This document shows positions 8,400 through 18,691 of a stretch of DNA of 64,000 nucleotides, in pieces. The notes beneath the pieces were generated by a model. The model saw only the letters and a list, made by a program, of their open reading frames with translations. It did not search any database and had not been told where the DNA came from. The stretch lies in IMG/VR virus record IMGVR_UViG_3300033143_004671, positions 1-64,000 of that record. One strand, written 5' to 3'. The DNA comes from a virus. The translations under genes and the position numbers were made by a program. Positions within the stretch are counted from its first letter, which is position 1. Every line of letters begins with the position of its first letter.

Positions 8400-9775
8400 T
8401 CCGAGATTATACTGCATTCATCAAACAGAAATCCCAGCTCGATGAGATGCACGGATTCGAGCCGGAGTGGATTCCTGATTTCCTATTCCCGTTTCAGAAA
8501 TATCTGACTGAATGGGCTATCCGTAAGGGGCGTGCTGCTATCTTCGCCGATTGCGGATTGGGAAAGACCCTCATGCAGCTTGTCTGGGCGGAAAACGTGG
8601 CACAACATACGAACAAGCCTGTGCTCATTTTATCCCCGTTGGCCGTATCGCCACAGACAGTGCGCGAGGGTGAAAAGTTTGGGATCGAAGTAACTAGGTG
8701 TATCAATGGCAAGCACAATGGTGACATCGTAATCACGAACTATGAACGATTGCACTACTTTGATCCTAATGATTTTGGCGGGGTAGTGTGCGACGAGTCC
8801 TCTGCAATCAAACATGAGAAGGCCAAGCGTCGTCAGGAGATCACGGCGTTTATGCGGAAGCGGCCATACCGATTGCTATGCACCGCGACGGCTGCTCCGA
8901 ACGATCATATAGAACTAGGCACGTCCAGCGAGGCACTAGGCTACTTGGGTTTCCAAGATATGATAACACGGTTCTTCAAGCAGGAGACAGCAAAGGGCTT
9001 CTTGGGCTGGGGGCGACCGAAATATAGATTTAGAGGGCACGCCGCAGTTCCATTCTGGAAGTGGGTTTGCTCGTGGGCCAGGTCGTGTCGCAAGCCTTCG
9101 GACCTTGGTTACAATGATGATGGATTTGATCTACCACCCCTGAACGTAAACGAACACAAGATTGGCGTCGGGGCTGTCCGTAGCGGTCATTTCTTCGCGC
9201 TGCCTGCCATATCATTGCAAGAACAAAGAGAAGAGAGACGGGAGACGCTCGAGGAGCGTTGTGAGGCTGTCTCAGATATGGTAGCCGATATTGACGGACC
9301 ATCTGTATCGTGGTGCCATCTAAATGCTGAGGGTGACCTGTTGGAGAAGCTGATACCAGACGCATTACAAGTCAAAGGGGCAATGTCGATAGAGGCCAAA
9401 GAAGAGACGATGGAGGCGTTTCAATCAGGCCAGATCAAACGATTGGTAATCAAACCTAAAATCGGGGCCTTTGGTCTGAATTGGCAGCACTGCAATCGAG
9501 TGACTACTTTCCCCAGCCATTCGTACGAGCAGTATTATCAAGCGGTGCGTCGGTGCTGGCGGTTCGGTCAAGAATACCCCGTAACCGTGGACATCTTTAC
9601 GACTGAGGGCGAAGTCAGGGTATTGAGAAACCTAAAACGCAAAGCGGATCAAGTGGACGATATGTTTACGTCGTTAGTACAATACATGAACGATACGATC
9701 AGTGTCAATCGTGACTACGTATACGGACAGAAGGGAGAACTGCCTAAATGGCTAAAGTCATCAAACAAAAAATAA
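8396..9775 (+). CDS. SNF2-family helicase
   Basis: DCGLGKT, ITNYE, DESS, TATAAPN, GLNWQ, QAVRRCWRFGQ. Confidence 0.9.
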   Translation: MIRDYTAFIKQKSQLDEMHGFEPEWIPDFLFPFQKYLTEWAIRKGRAAIFADCGLGKTLMQLVWAENVAQHTNKPVLILSPLAVSPQTVREGEKFGIEVTRCINGKHNGDIVITNYERLHYFDPNDFGGVVCDESSAIKHEKAKRRQEITAFMRKRPYRLLCTATAAPNDHIELGTSSEALGYLGFQDMITRFFKQETAKGFLGWGRPKYRFRGHAAVPFWKWVCSWARSCRKPSDLGYNDDGFDLPPLNVNEHKIGVGAVRSGHFFALPAISLQEQREERRETLEERCEAVSDMVADIDGPSVSWCHLNAEGDLLEKLIPDALQVKGAMSIEAKEETMEAFQSGQIKRLVIKPKIGAFGLNWQHCNRVTTFPSHSYEQYYQAVRRCWRFGQEYPVTVDIFTTEGEVRVLRNLKRKADQVDDMFTSLVQYMNDTISVNRDYVYGQKGELPKWLKSSNKK

Positions 9776-10728
9776 CCGAGCGGTACGCCCTATACAATGG
9801 TGACTCATGCGAGGTATTGCCTACACTGCCTGACGAGTCGGTAGGACTGGTAATATACTCGCCTCCGTTCGCTACCGAGTCTGGCGGAGCATTGTATACC
9901 TACAGTTCATCCCCGCGAGACCTATCCAACGCACAGACATACAAGGAGTTCTTCGAGCACTACGAGATCATCGTAGCCGAGACGGCCAGGCTTCTCACGC
10001 CGGGACGCATCTGTGCGGTACATTGTACTGACATACCGAAGGCGGGAGCAAACATAGCCGGTCATACCGACTTCCCAGGCGACATCATACGACTGCATGC
10101 GAAGCACGGATTTGAGTATCTACCGCGTATCTGCATCTGGAAAGCACCACTTACTGTACGCAATAGAACTATGGCGAAGGCGCTATCTCACCGTACAATA
10201 GTAGACGATGCTACATTGTCGAACGTAGCTGGGGCGGATTACCTAATTCCGTTTCGTAAACTAGGTGAGAATCCAGAGCCCGTCAAACACAAGTATGGCT
10301 TTCTCCGATACGCTGGTGAACGTAAGATACCAGGCAAACTAAAAAAGTTCAAAGGATACAAAGGAGATCAGAAAAAGAACATTTACTCTCATTGGATATG
10401 GCGACAGTATGCATCATGCTTTTGGGATGACATTAGAATTAGCAACGTATGCAAATACAAAGAGGGCAGGGACAAAGACGATGAACGACATGTACATCCA
10501 TTACAGTTAGACGTAATCGACAGAGCTTGTCAATTGTGGACTAATCCTGACGACATTATATTGTCACCATTCATGGGAATTGGATCGGAAGTATATGGGG
10601 CTGTGTCGAATGGACGGCGGGGTATAGGAATCGAACTCAAGCCTAGCTATTATCGCCAGGCCGTCAAGAACTGTGCATTGGCATGTGAACGATGGAAGAA
10701 ACGCCAAGCCGAGGATGGCTTTTTCTAA
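9748..10728 (+). CDS. DNA methyltransferase (N4/N6 family)
   Basis: YSPPF, HVHPLQLDVI, LSPFMGIGSE, GIELKPSY. Confidence 0.9.
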   Translation: MAKVIKQKITERYALYNGDSCEVLPTLPDESVGLVIYSPPFATESGGALYTYSSSPRDLSNAQTYKEFFEHYEIIVAETARLLTPGRICAVHCTDIPKAGANIAGHTDFPGDIIRLHAKHGFEYLPRICIWKAPLTVRNRTMAKALSHRTIVDDATLSNVAGADYLIPFRKLGENPEPVKHKYGFLRYAGERKIPGKLKKFKGYKGDQKKNIYSHWIWRQYASCFWDDIRISNVCKYKEGRDKDDERHVHPLQLDVIDRACQLWTNPDDIILSPFMGIGSEVYGAVSNGRRGIGIELKPSYYRQAVKNCALACERWKKRQAEDGFF

Positions 10729-10737
10729 GGAACGGTA

Positions 10738-13239
10738 ATGAAAAAAGGATTCTTCTTCGACGATAGTGAGATTCGTAAGCACCCTACTAAGAAACGCCGA
10801 GTCGTCGGTGCGGGCTGCAGGGCATGTGGATTGCACAAGAAGTGTCTATCACCTAAAATGGAACCTCACGGAGATGGTGAACTGAATATCGTCGTTGTCG
10901 CCGAGGCTCCAGGAGCAACAGAGGACGAGCAGGGTATTCCACTCGTAGGTAAGGCGGGGAAGTTTCTAAGACAACGAATGAGGGAAGTCGGGCTGAACCT
11001 CGACCGCGACTGTATCAAACTCAATGTAGTACAGTGCCGACCGACTAAGCGAACTGGAAAGCGAACCGAGAACAGACCACCTACCGCAGAGGAACTGCAA
11101 TGCTGCTGGCCAAGAGTAGAGAAACAGATCAAGGCGATACAACCAGACCTGATATATGCCTTCGGCACACCGGCTATCGCCTCGATACTCAGGGATTGCC
11201 CGACTGGAGCGACGGCCACAAACATGCACGGTCGGGTAGTCCCCTCGGCTTATTGGGGATGCTGGGTCGCTTGTGGATTCCATCCGAGCTATTTCATTCG
11301 GGGTAATGAGAAGCACGCGGGGCGGATGGATGAGATGCTATCGGCCGGATATACCAAACTAGAGCGAGGCTCCTACTACGAGGATGATACACTGGATCCT
11401 CTAGGTTATGTGATAATCGAGGATCTGGATTCCGCCCTGGATTGGCTCAATGTAGCAGGACAACCTTTCGATCCCGTAGACTTCGACTACGAAACAAACG
11501 GACTCGATCCATGGGACCCCTCGTTCAAAATCCTACTCGTATCCTTCGCAAAGTCGCCCGACATGGGATGGGTAATACCACTAGAGCATCCACAGTCACG
11601 ATGGACGAAGGAGGAACTAGCTCAGATATTCGAAGCATTGAAACTATGGCTCCAGTCCGGCGTGGACAAGATCGTACAGAACAGGGAGTTCGAGGAGATC
11701 GTCAGCCGCATCCATCTAGGTGTCGGTATAAACAATGTCATCTGTGATACGATGGTCCGCCAGCATGTGATCGATAACAGGCAGGGCGTGACAAGTCAGG
11801 GCTTCCAGGAGTATGTCAGGTATGGTTCACTTCACAAAGGGCAAGTCAACAAGGCGAAACTAGAACATGAGTTCCTGGATACCGTGGCAAAGTATGGAGC
11901 ACTCGATGCCCGATATGGCTTCCGCATATTCGAGGATCAGAACAAAGAAATGGATCCCGAACTCGAGAGAGCTTACGACTTGTTCCACGAGGCGATCCCA
12001 CTATTCGTGGATATGAAGGAGCGAGGGATACAAGTAGACGAGGACATCCTGTTCAAATTAGACGAACAGACGAAAGCACTACGAGCCAGGGCGAAGAAGA
12101 TTCACTCGTCACCCTGGTTGAAGAAGTACAAGAAGAGATATGGGAAGGATTGGGATAAAGGGTCTCCACAAGCCAAGCAACGGTTGTTCTATGGTATCAT
12201 GGGATTAGAGCCTACCAAGTTGACGGCTGGAGGGGAATCGTTTGACGTACCGGAGGACTGTTCGACCGACGCCGAGTCGATGAAGAACCTATTGGCACAG
12301 GTGGATGCGGATTCCGAAGAGGCCGTCCTTATTCAAATGTGCCTCGACAATTCGTCACTGACAAAACTAGGGGGATACATAAAGAACATCAAACAGCTTT
12401 CCCGTCACGATGGTTTCCTTCATCCTTCCTTCTGTCTGCATAATGTCTCCTCGTATCGTTCGTCGAGCAACAGTCCCAACTTCCAAAACTTCCCTATAAG
12501 AAAGCCCCAGCTTGCCGTACTGAGAACATGTCTCGTACCACGGTACGATCATCTCGTGGAGGTCGACTTCAAAGGTAATGAGGTGTGTGGTATAGGAGCG
12601 GCGTCACTGGACGAGAACCTGATAATAGACATCAGGGATAAGGTTGACTTCCATCGACACTTCGCCGCTAGGCTATATGGAATAGAGGAGGAGGAGGTCA
12701 CGAAGGAGGAGAGGTACTATGGTAAGAATGAGTTTGTCTTCCCCGAGTTCTACGGATCCTATTATGGTTCGATAGCAAAGCACAGACCTGAGTGGGAGGA
12801 AAAAAGGGTTCAGTTGGTCGAGAAGGAATTATGGGACAGATATGGAGACGTGAAAATATGGCAGGAGGACAATCAAGAGTTCTACGAACGGCATGGCTAC
12901 GTTCAGTACCTGACAGGATTCAAATGCAGATTCAGTAGAATAGGGCTGATGTCCTTCAACAACGTATGCAATAGTCCTATCCAAGGGATAGCTTTTCACC
13001 GGCTGCTCAAAGTGCTAATCGAGTTAGACAAGGCGATGAAGAAGGAGAAGTTTGAGAGCCTGCTCATTGGACAAATCCATGACTCGATTGTCGCCGATGT
13101 GATCGAGGATGAACTGGATGACTTCATGGATCTGGCAGAGGAGATCGCGGGCACACCTCAATGGGATTGGGATGCGGTGATACCTTGGACCGTCGAAATT
13201 AAGATCGGTCCGAACTTACTTGAGTTGAGCGAGGTATAA
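10738..13239 (+). CDS. Family-4 uracil-DNA glycosylase fused to family A DNA polymerase
   Basis: UDG motifs AEAPG, NVVQCRP, NRPP, FHPSY. Exonuclease DYETNG. Polymerase R.SS.SPNFQNFP, motif A VDFKGNE, motif C QIHDS. Confidence 0.92.
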   Translation: MKKGFFFDDSEIRKHPTKKRRVVGAGCRACGLHKKCLSPKMEPHGDGELNIVVVAEAPGATEDEQGIPLVGKAGKFLRQRMREVGLNLDRDCIKLNVVQCRPTKRTGKRTENRPPTAEELQCCWPRVEKQIKAIQPDLIYAFGTPAIASILRDCPTGATATNMHGRVVPSAYWGCWVACGFHPSYFIRGNEKHAGRMDEMLSAGYTKLERGSYYEDDTLDPLGYVIIEDLDSALDWLNVAGQPFDPVDFDYETNGLDPWDPSFKILLVSFAKSPDMGWVIPLEHPQSRWTKEELAQIFEALKLWLQSGVDKIVQNREFEEIVSRIHLGVGINNVICDTMVRQHVIDNRQGVTSQGFQEYVRYGSLHKGQVNKAKLEHEFLDTVAKYGALDARYGFRIFEDQNKEMDPELERAYDLFHEAIPLFVDMKERGIQVDEDILFKLDEQTKALRARAKKIHSSPWLKKYKKRYGKDWDKGSPQAKQRLFYGIMGLEPTKLTAGGESFDVPEDCSTDAESMKNLLAQVDADSEEAVLIQMCLDNSSLTKLGGYIKNIKQLSRHDGFLHPSFCLHNVSSYRSSSNSPNFQNFPIRKPQLAVLRTCLVPRYDHLVEVDFKGNEVCGIGAASLDENLIIDIRDKVDFHRHFAARLYGIEEEEVTKEERYYGKNEFVFPEFYGSYYGSIAKHRPEWEEKRVQLVEKELWDRYGDVKIWQEDNQEFYERHGYVQYLTGFKCRFSRIGLMSFNNVCNSPIQGIAFHRLLKVLIELDKAMKKEKFESLLIGQIHDSIVADVIEDELDDFMDLAEEIAGTPQWDWDAVIPWTVEIKIGPNLLELSEV

Positions 13240-13257
13240 TGGAATGAAGGAAGAAAC

Positions 13258-13602
13258 ATGAACGAGCGACAGGAAGAACAGTTCGTCGAAATACTGCATA
13301 GAATCACCTGCGAGATTCACTTCATAGCAAAATGTAAAGGTTTCTGGGAGGACGCAAGGACCGATGGTGACCTCGTCGCTCTCGTGATGACCGAACTAAG
13401 TAAATACTACGAGGGCTTACGACAAGGCAATCCTCCTAGCGAGCACATACCTGAGTTCAGTCTGGCAGAGGAAGAACTGGCAGATGTCGTCATTCGAGTA
13501 TTAAATATTGCCTATAAGCGTGGTCACAGGATAGCCGAAGCGATGCTGGCAAAGATGAAGTTCAACAAGACACGGCCGTATAAACATGGAAAGAAGTTCT
13601 AG
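13258..13602 (+). CDS. MazG-like NTP pyrophosphohydrolase
   Basis: EEELADVVIRVL and KMKFNKTRPYKHGKKF. TATAAT at 13235. Confidence 0.8.
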   Translation: MNERQEEQFVEILHRITCEIHFIAKCKGFWEDARTDGDLVALVMTELSKYYEGLRQGNPPSEHIPEFSLAEEELADVVIRVLNIAYKRGHRIAEAMLAKMKFNKTRPYKHGKKF

Positions 13603-14529
13603 ATGCTATACCAGCAAACACGACCATCGACACTCGATGAGTTCGTAGGATCGAAGGATACGATAAAGGCACTCGCGAACGCTATCGAGTCCGAGAATCA
13701 CGCTCACGTCTACCTGATGCAAGGGCCTTCGGGCTGTGGTAAGACGACGCTCGCTCGCATACTTGCTAAGGATTTTGGAGCGGCCGTCCACAACATTATC
13801 GAGAAGAATGCGGCATCGGATCGTGGTATAGATATGGCGAGGGACCTACAGAAATATGCCACCCTTGGACCTATCGGCGGTGGTAGTAGGGCAATCATCC
13901 TAGACGAATGCCACCGACTCACCAAGGACGCCTCGTCGGCGCTACTCAAGGTGTTAGAGGATGTGCCCGACTTTCAATACTATTTCCTTTGCACGACGGA
14001 ACCGCAGACGTTACTCAAGACAATCCGCACACGCTGCGAGAAGGTTACAGTTAGCCTACTCGACGATGACGATATGTATGATTGCATCGTCAATGCCGCT
14101 GAACGTGCAAACATCCACGAGCCTCCCGAGGAAGTGTTAGACGCCATCGTGGAGTCGGCGAAAGGGTGCCCAAGAGAGGCGTTGGTCCTTTTAGAGAAGC
14201 AGGATGGGCTGGACGAGGACCAGGCACTCAGTGCAGTCAAGAGTCACGAGACCATAACCAGGACGACGAAGGCACTCTGTCAAGCTCTTGTCAAAGGTGA
14301 TACGTGGACGAAAGTCATGGCTACGTATGCCAAATTAGAGGATAAGGACGTAGAAGGCACGAGGCGAGTCGTCCTCGGATACCTGTCGGCCTGTCTAAAA
14401 GGAGCAAAGAAAAAATCTGAGATGGAGAAGTTTGCAAACATGCTAGAGGAATTGACAGAGCACACGTACGATGCGGGTGAACCAAAACTAATGGCCATGC
14501 TTTACAGGGCATGGGAAGCCGGAAGATAA
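13603..14529 (+). CDS. Clamp-loader AAA+ subunit (DnaX gamma/tau-like)
   Basis: LY..TRP..LDE.VG, GPSGCGKTT, ILDECH.L, LLKVLE, TIRTRC. Confidence 0.9.
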   Translation: MLYQQTRPSTLDEFVGSKDTIKALANAIESENHAHVYLMQGPSGCGKTTLARILAKDFGAAVHNIIEKNAASDRGIDMARDLQKYATLGPIGGGSRAIILDECHRLTKDASSALLKVLEDVPDFQYYFLCTTEPQTLLKTIRTRCEKVTVSLLDDDDMYDCIVNAAERANIHEPPEEVLDAIVESAKGCPREALVLLEKQDGLDEDQALSAVKSHETITRTTKALCQALVKGDTWTKVMATYAKLEDKDVEGTRRVVLGYLSACLKGAKKKSEMEKFANMLEELTEHTYDAGEPKLMAMLYRAWEAGR

Positions 14530-14551
14530 CCCCCGAAGAAAGGAACGCACA

Positions 14552-15829
14552 ATGAGTAAGGCGAAGGACAGACGTGAGAGACGGCGTGAAGCCGCAAAGC
14601 AGGACCAACGAAGGAAGGAGGAAGGCGAAGGTTTCAAGACTCAGATGAACTTTATCGTAGGTGCCGACGAGTTGGATGAGTTGGGAATCTCCGCGTACCG
14701 TCCAACAACCGACGATGACAGGGCAGTGATAAACAAGGTACATATCCTACCGTCGAATGAGGAGGACGCCGAGGAGAACCTGGATGTAATTGCCTTGGCG
14801 CTCTACATACATCGGGACGTCGGGGCCGATGGACTTTCCTTCCTGTGCCCAAAGTGGATGAGAAAAGTCTTCCACGATGCTCGGGCTCCCATCCCCGATA
14901 TAATCGCCGATGGGAAGTGCCCTGTGTGTGAAGAGCATGAAAGGGTGCTCAAGAGGTTCTTCGACGAGAAGAATGAGGACCGTAAGAACGAACTGTACGA
15001 TGAGCAGAAGGACCTGAGGGCATTTTCTGGCAGATGGAACAAGCCTCGTCCCAAAAAACTGCTCGCATGGGTCCGGGATGCTATCAATGAAGAAGCCGAA
15101 GAGGAAGCAAAGTTTTGGATCATGCCCCCATCTATCTACGATGAAGGGATACTAGAGCAAATCCAAGATGAGGATAACTTAGAGCTAGCAGGCGAAGATG
15201 AGAACGGTGTTGTGGACATCGTCGATCCCGACGATGGTTTTATCTTCCAATTCAAGGTCGAAGGCAAGGGCTATGATATGTACAAGGCCTACAAACTAAA
15301 GAAGCGAAAGTTCAGCATCACGCAGGACGAACCCGACTGGTTGAATGTTCCCCGGTACAAAGACCTCCTAGTCTTCCACGACTACGACACCATCGCCGAG
15401 GCTCTTCACAGTTCGGTAGAGGAAGAGGAAGAGAAGCCAAGACGCGGAAGACGCAAGAAGGCGATTGACCAAGCGGCCGAGGATTGGGATGAAGATGAGG
15501 CGGCTGCAAGGGATGCCGAAGACGACGAGGACGAGAGGCCTTCTCGCAGGCGAAAGCGTCGATACTCTGAGGACGACGAGGACGAGAAACCCAGACGTTC
15601 TCGGCGAAGTCACAAAGCCGAAGACGACGAGGACGAGAAGCCTACACGAACCAGACGAAAGAGAAGGACCAAAGACGAAGATGACGAGGAAGAGAAGCCC
15701 CGTCAAAAACGTAGGCGTCGTTCCGAGCCCGAGCCGGAAGATGACGAGGACGAGGATGATGCACAATCCACGGTCCGCAGCCGCGCCAAGAAAAGACGCC
15801 GCCGACGCAAAACCGAGGAGGACGATTAA
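14552..15829 (+). CDS. gp32-like ssDNA-binding protein with long charged tail
   Basis: YIH..VG...FLCP, CPVCE, DIVDPDDG, repeated EDDEDEKP/RRR tail. Lies upstream of UvsY and RecA. Confidence 0.65.
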   Translation: MSKAKDRRERRREAAKQDQRRKEEGEGFKTQMNFIVGADELDELGISAYRPTTDDDRAVINKVHILPSNEEDAEENLDVIALALYIHRDVGADGLSFLCPKWMRKVFHDARAPIPDIIADGKCPVCEEHERVLKRFFDEKNEDRKNELYDEQKDLRAFSGRWNKPRPKKLLAWVRDAINEEAEEEAKFWIMPPSIYDEGILEQIQDEDNLELAGEDENGVVDIVDPDDGFIFQFKVEGKGYDMYKAYKLKKRKFSITQDEPDWLNVPRYKDLLVFHDYDTIAEALHSSVEEEEEKPRRGRRKKAIDQAAEDWDEDEAAARDAEDDEDERPSRRRKRRYSEDDEDEKPRRSRRSHKAEDDEDEKPTRTRRKRRTKDEDDEEEKPRQKRRRRSEPEPEDDEDEDDAQSTVRSRAKKRRRRRKTEEDD

Positions 15830-16363
15830 ATGACCCACGAAAAGATGGAAGCCGAGTTTGAGGATCTTCGGTCGCGGCTCTCGATCAATGTCAACAGCCT
15901 ACACAAGGACGCTAGGATACAACCCGATCTGATGGCAAGGGCAGGCGAACTTCTAGCCGAGTGCAAGATGGAAATGAGACGTGCCCGGCTTGAGGCCGAT
16001 GAATCGAAAGCCCATGCCTCCAGGCAGATCAGAGAGGATCCAGAACACTATGGCATCGAGAAGGCAACTCAAGCGGCAGTAGATGCTGCCGTACTACTGA
16101 CTACGAGCGTTAAGCAGGCGAGCAGGGAACTTACCGACGCCTCCTACGATGTCGATAGAGCGGCAGCACTGGCCGACGCCTTTCAGCACAGGAAGTCGAT
16201 GATACAGGATGAAGTCCGTCTATATCTCGGTAACTATTGGGGCGAGTGTGATGTCAAGGATATGAAGGACGCCGAAGCCGATGTCAGGGAAGATGTAGAG
16301 AAGAAAGCGACTGAGAAGCGAAGGCGACGGCGAAGGAGACCTACTAATGAGCGGGACGAATAA
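15830..16363 (+). CDS. UvsY-like recombination mediator
   Basis: Coiled-coil protein (L.IN...L...QP; AF.HRK.M) between SSB and RecA. Confidence 0.55.
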   Translation: MTHEKMEAEFEDLRSRLSINVNSLHKDARIQPDLMARAGELLAECKMEMRRARLEADESKAHASRQIREDPEHYGIEKATQAAVDAAVLLTTSVKQASRELTDASYDVDRAAALADAFQHRKSMIQDEVRLYLGNYWGECDVKDMKDAEADVREDVEKKATEKRRRRRRRPTNERDE

Positions 16364-16396
16364 CCCGATGAAGGGTCGATGGGTCAAGGAGACGCG

Positions 16397-17560
16397 ATGA
16401 TCAAGGAACGCAAACGCCGATCTATATCCAAGGACCTCAAACGCGAGTCGCTTCCCCCGTCGAGGTATTTTCTAAGTACAGGTAGCACGTTACTCGATCT
16501 CGCTATCTCGGACCGATACCCCGGTGGTGTGGGCAGTGGACGAACTACCCAATTGATCGGGGATAACTCCACGGCCAAGACTGTACTGATGAAAGAGATT
16601 CTAGGCTCGGCACAAAGACAAGGCGGGTTTGCAGTGGAGGAGGAAGCCGAATACACTCCCGACTTTGAACGTGCTGAACTGTTCGGACTAGACGTGGGCG
16701 ATTGGCGTGACGGGGTTTTCGACTCTGATCTTCCTCTAATCGACGCTCTCGACCACGCCGACGCCTACGTCTACCGAAACCCGTCCTCACTCGAGAATGT
16801 GTTTGACGACGAGATAGCACAGATCGTCAATCTCTCCCGTGGGCAGTGGGCGGATGTGACTCTCAAAAAGAATAACAAGGGCGATACTGTCCGCAAGGTC
16901 AAGATGGAGGAGGTCGATGCAATACCCAAACCTATCGCCATAGGCATAGACACGCTGACGGCCTTACCCTCCATCGCTGAACTAAACAGGACACTAAATG
17001 AGAAGTCCTACAATATGGAGCGAGCGAAAGTGATGTCCGCTGGGTTCAGGAAGTACATCAAGCCCATCGGCTCTGAAGACATCACTATCGTCGCTGTAGA
17101 CCATATCCGATCCAATGTGGGTATCTCATTTGGTAAGGACTGGACGGTGAGTGGGGGGAAGGCAATGCAGCAATATGCTAGTACGCGAGTATTCCTCAAG
17201 CACACGGAGACACTCAAGAACAAGCATGGGGTAGACTATGGGGTGAAGATACACTTCAAGGTGGTTAAGAACAAGCTCGCCCCACCATTCCGCGAAGGTG
17301 ATTTCTACGTAATCTTCGACTACGGCATCGACGATATACGATCTAACATCGAGTGGTTGAGGAATCAAAAAGTAGATTCCAAGCTCAAAGTTAAAGGAGC
17401 ATGGTTCAACTGGGGAGAAGAGCGGCTAGGGCAAGGAATCGAGAAGGCCATAACCAACGCCGAAGAGATGGGTGAGACGATGGTGAGGGCGATTGAGAAG
17501 GAAGTCGTCAGGGTATGGCGAATCATACACGAGCCGACTAAGAGAAGGAGAAAGAGATGA
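16397..17560 (+). CDS. recA: RecA/UvsX recombinase
   Basis: STGS.LLDLAI, GDNSTAKT Walker A, IDTL.AL, SGGKAM..YAS.R, VVKNKLAPPFR. Confidence 0.9.
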   Translation: MIKERKRRSISKDLKRESLPPSRYFLSTGSTLLDLAISDRYPGGVGSGRTTQLIGDNSTAKTVLMKEILGSAQRQGGFAVEEEAEYTPDFERAELFGLDVGDWRDGVFDSDLPLIDALDHADAYVYRNPSSLENVFDDEIAQIVNLSRGQWADVTLKKNNKGDTVRKVKMEEVDAIPKPIAIGIDTLTALPSIAELNRTLNEKSYNMERAKVMSAGFRKYIKPIGSEDITIVAVDHIRSNVGISFGKDWTVSGGKAMQQYASTRVFLKHTETLKNKHGVDYGVKIHFKVVKNKLAPPFREGDFYVIFDYGIDDIRSNIEWLRNQKVDSKLKVKGAWFNWGEERLGQGIEKAITNAEEMGETMVRAIEKEVVRVWRIIHEPTKRRRKR

Positions 17561-18126
17561 GTGATCTAGTAGTGGCCTTCGATCCGGGCAAGGATGGCTT
17601 TATCTCTTACCTTCACGACGGGGAGACGGGTAGTTGGCCTATGCCTACCGTCAAGATCGGCAAGGGAGGGAAGAGGGACTATGACATCACTGCCCTACGT
17701 ACGATCCTCGATGAAATAGCCGATACAAACCACGACATAGATCTTGCTGTAATCGAAAAGCAGCAAGCTATGCCTGGTCAGGGAGTCACATCTATGTTCT
17801 CGATAGGTATGGGCTATGGTCTGCTGCTTGGCTTGGTTACCGGTTTGCGTCTACCCTATGCTGTAGTTCACCCGAGAACGTGGAAAAAGATCATGCTTAG
17901 GGATGTGCCCGGTGACGACCAAAAAGGCAGGTCGATCATAGCAGCGGGCAGGCTTTTTCCTAACGTCGATCTTAGGAAGAGCGAACGAGCTAGGAAGCCT
18001 CACGACGGTAAGGCCGAGTCATTGCTGCTCGCATGGTATGGATTGCATCACCTATTACTCGTACCCGAAAAGAAGCCGAAGAGGCAGAGAAGGACGATTC
18101 CAGGAGGTGGGTTTGGTTATTGGTAG
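17557..18126 (+). CDS. RuvC-like Holliday junction resolvase
   Basis: AFDPGKDG, IEKQQAMPGQGVTSMF, V.PRTWK, DGKAESLL. Confidence 0.85.
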   Translation: MSDLVVAFDPGKDGFISYLHDGETGSWPMPTVKIGKGGKRDYDITALRTILDEIADTNHDIDLAVIEKQQAMPGQGVTSMFSIGMGYGLLLGLVTGLRLPYAVVHPRTWKKIMLRDVPGDDQKGRSIIAAGRLFPNVDLRKSERARKPHDGKAESLLLAWYGLHHLLLVPEKKPKRQRRTIPGGGFGYW

Positions 18127-18157
18127 GTATAATGGTATGACAGGAAAGGATAGGAAG

Positions 18158-18685
18158 ATGACAAAGAAAACATGGAAAGATTATGTGAGACAAGCTGTCG
18201 AGAAACGCCCCAATGCTGAAAGGGCCGTCAAGATCAAGTATGCTATCAAGTTGCTCCACAAAAACGCCGAGGTAAGAGAGCCTTGGATGAACCAAATGGA
18301 GTACCGTGCGGTCCAAGCCGAGGTAGACGCACTGGAAGCAGCAATCAGACGGGACGCAAAAGACAAGATTGAAGCGGCCGTCGTCAGCAATCCAAGCTGG
18401 AGAGGGGCCGAAGTCATAGACGCTTCCTCGCCTCTCATAGCGGCAACGATCTTCGATACCTGGATAGTGCGGGGCAAGCCGATTATGGCTTGTACGGGTA
18501 CCGAGTTGAAAGCCGAGGCTGTGATTTCCCGTAAGCAGGCCTCGGGTAAACTCAAAAACGCGGAGTTCTACGAATGGCTGTCAGAGGAGGCGGGGGAAGA
18601 TATTGTTGGTGAGGCAGTATCGACCGAGGATGCTGCTATGCGTTGGTGCGAGATTGCGGGAGTCGCTGAGGGCTCCCTTGTTTGA
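18158..18685 (+). CDS. Hypothetical protein, first gene of the array-containing transcript
   Basis: TATAAT at 18128, AGGAAG RBS, ATG at 18158. Stop lies 6 nt before array unit 1. Confidence 0.65.
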   Translation: MTKKTWKDYVRQAVEKRPNAERAVKIKYAIKLLHKNAEVREPWMNQMEYRAVQAEVDALEAAIRRDAKDKIEAAVVSNPSWRGAEVIDASSPLIAATIFDTWIVRGKPIMACTGTELKAEAVISRKQASGKLKNAEFYEWLSEEAGEDIVGEAVSTEDAAMRWCEIAGVAEGSLV

Positions 18686-18691
18686 TATATT

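Noticed and set aside
15420-15830. GAAGACGACGAGGACGAG repeats as a DNA element
   Set aside because: They encode the low-complexity acidic/basic tail of the SSB.
17557-18126. RuvC acting as the nuclease of the guide system
   Set aside because: It has ordinary phage resolvase motifs, is coupled to recA and lies upstream of the promoter at 18128. Proximity is the only link.
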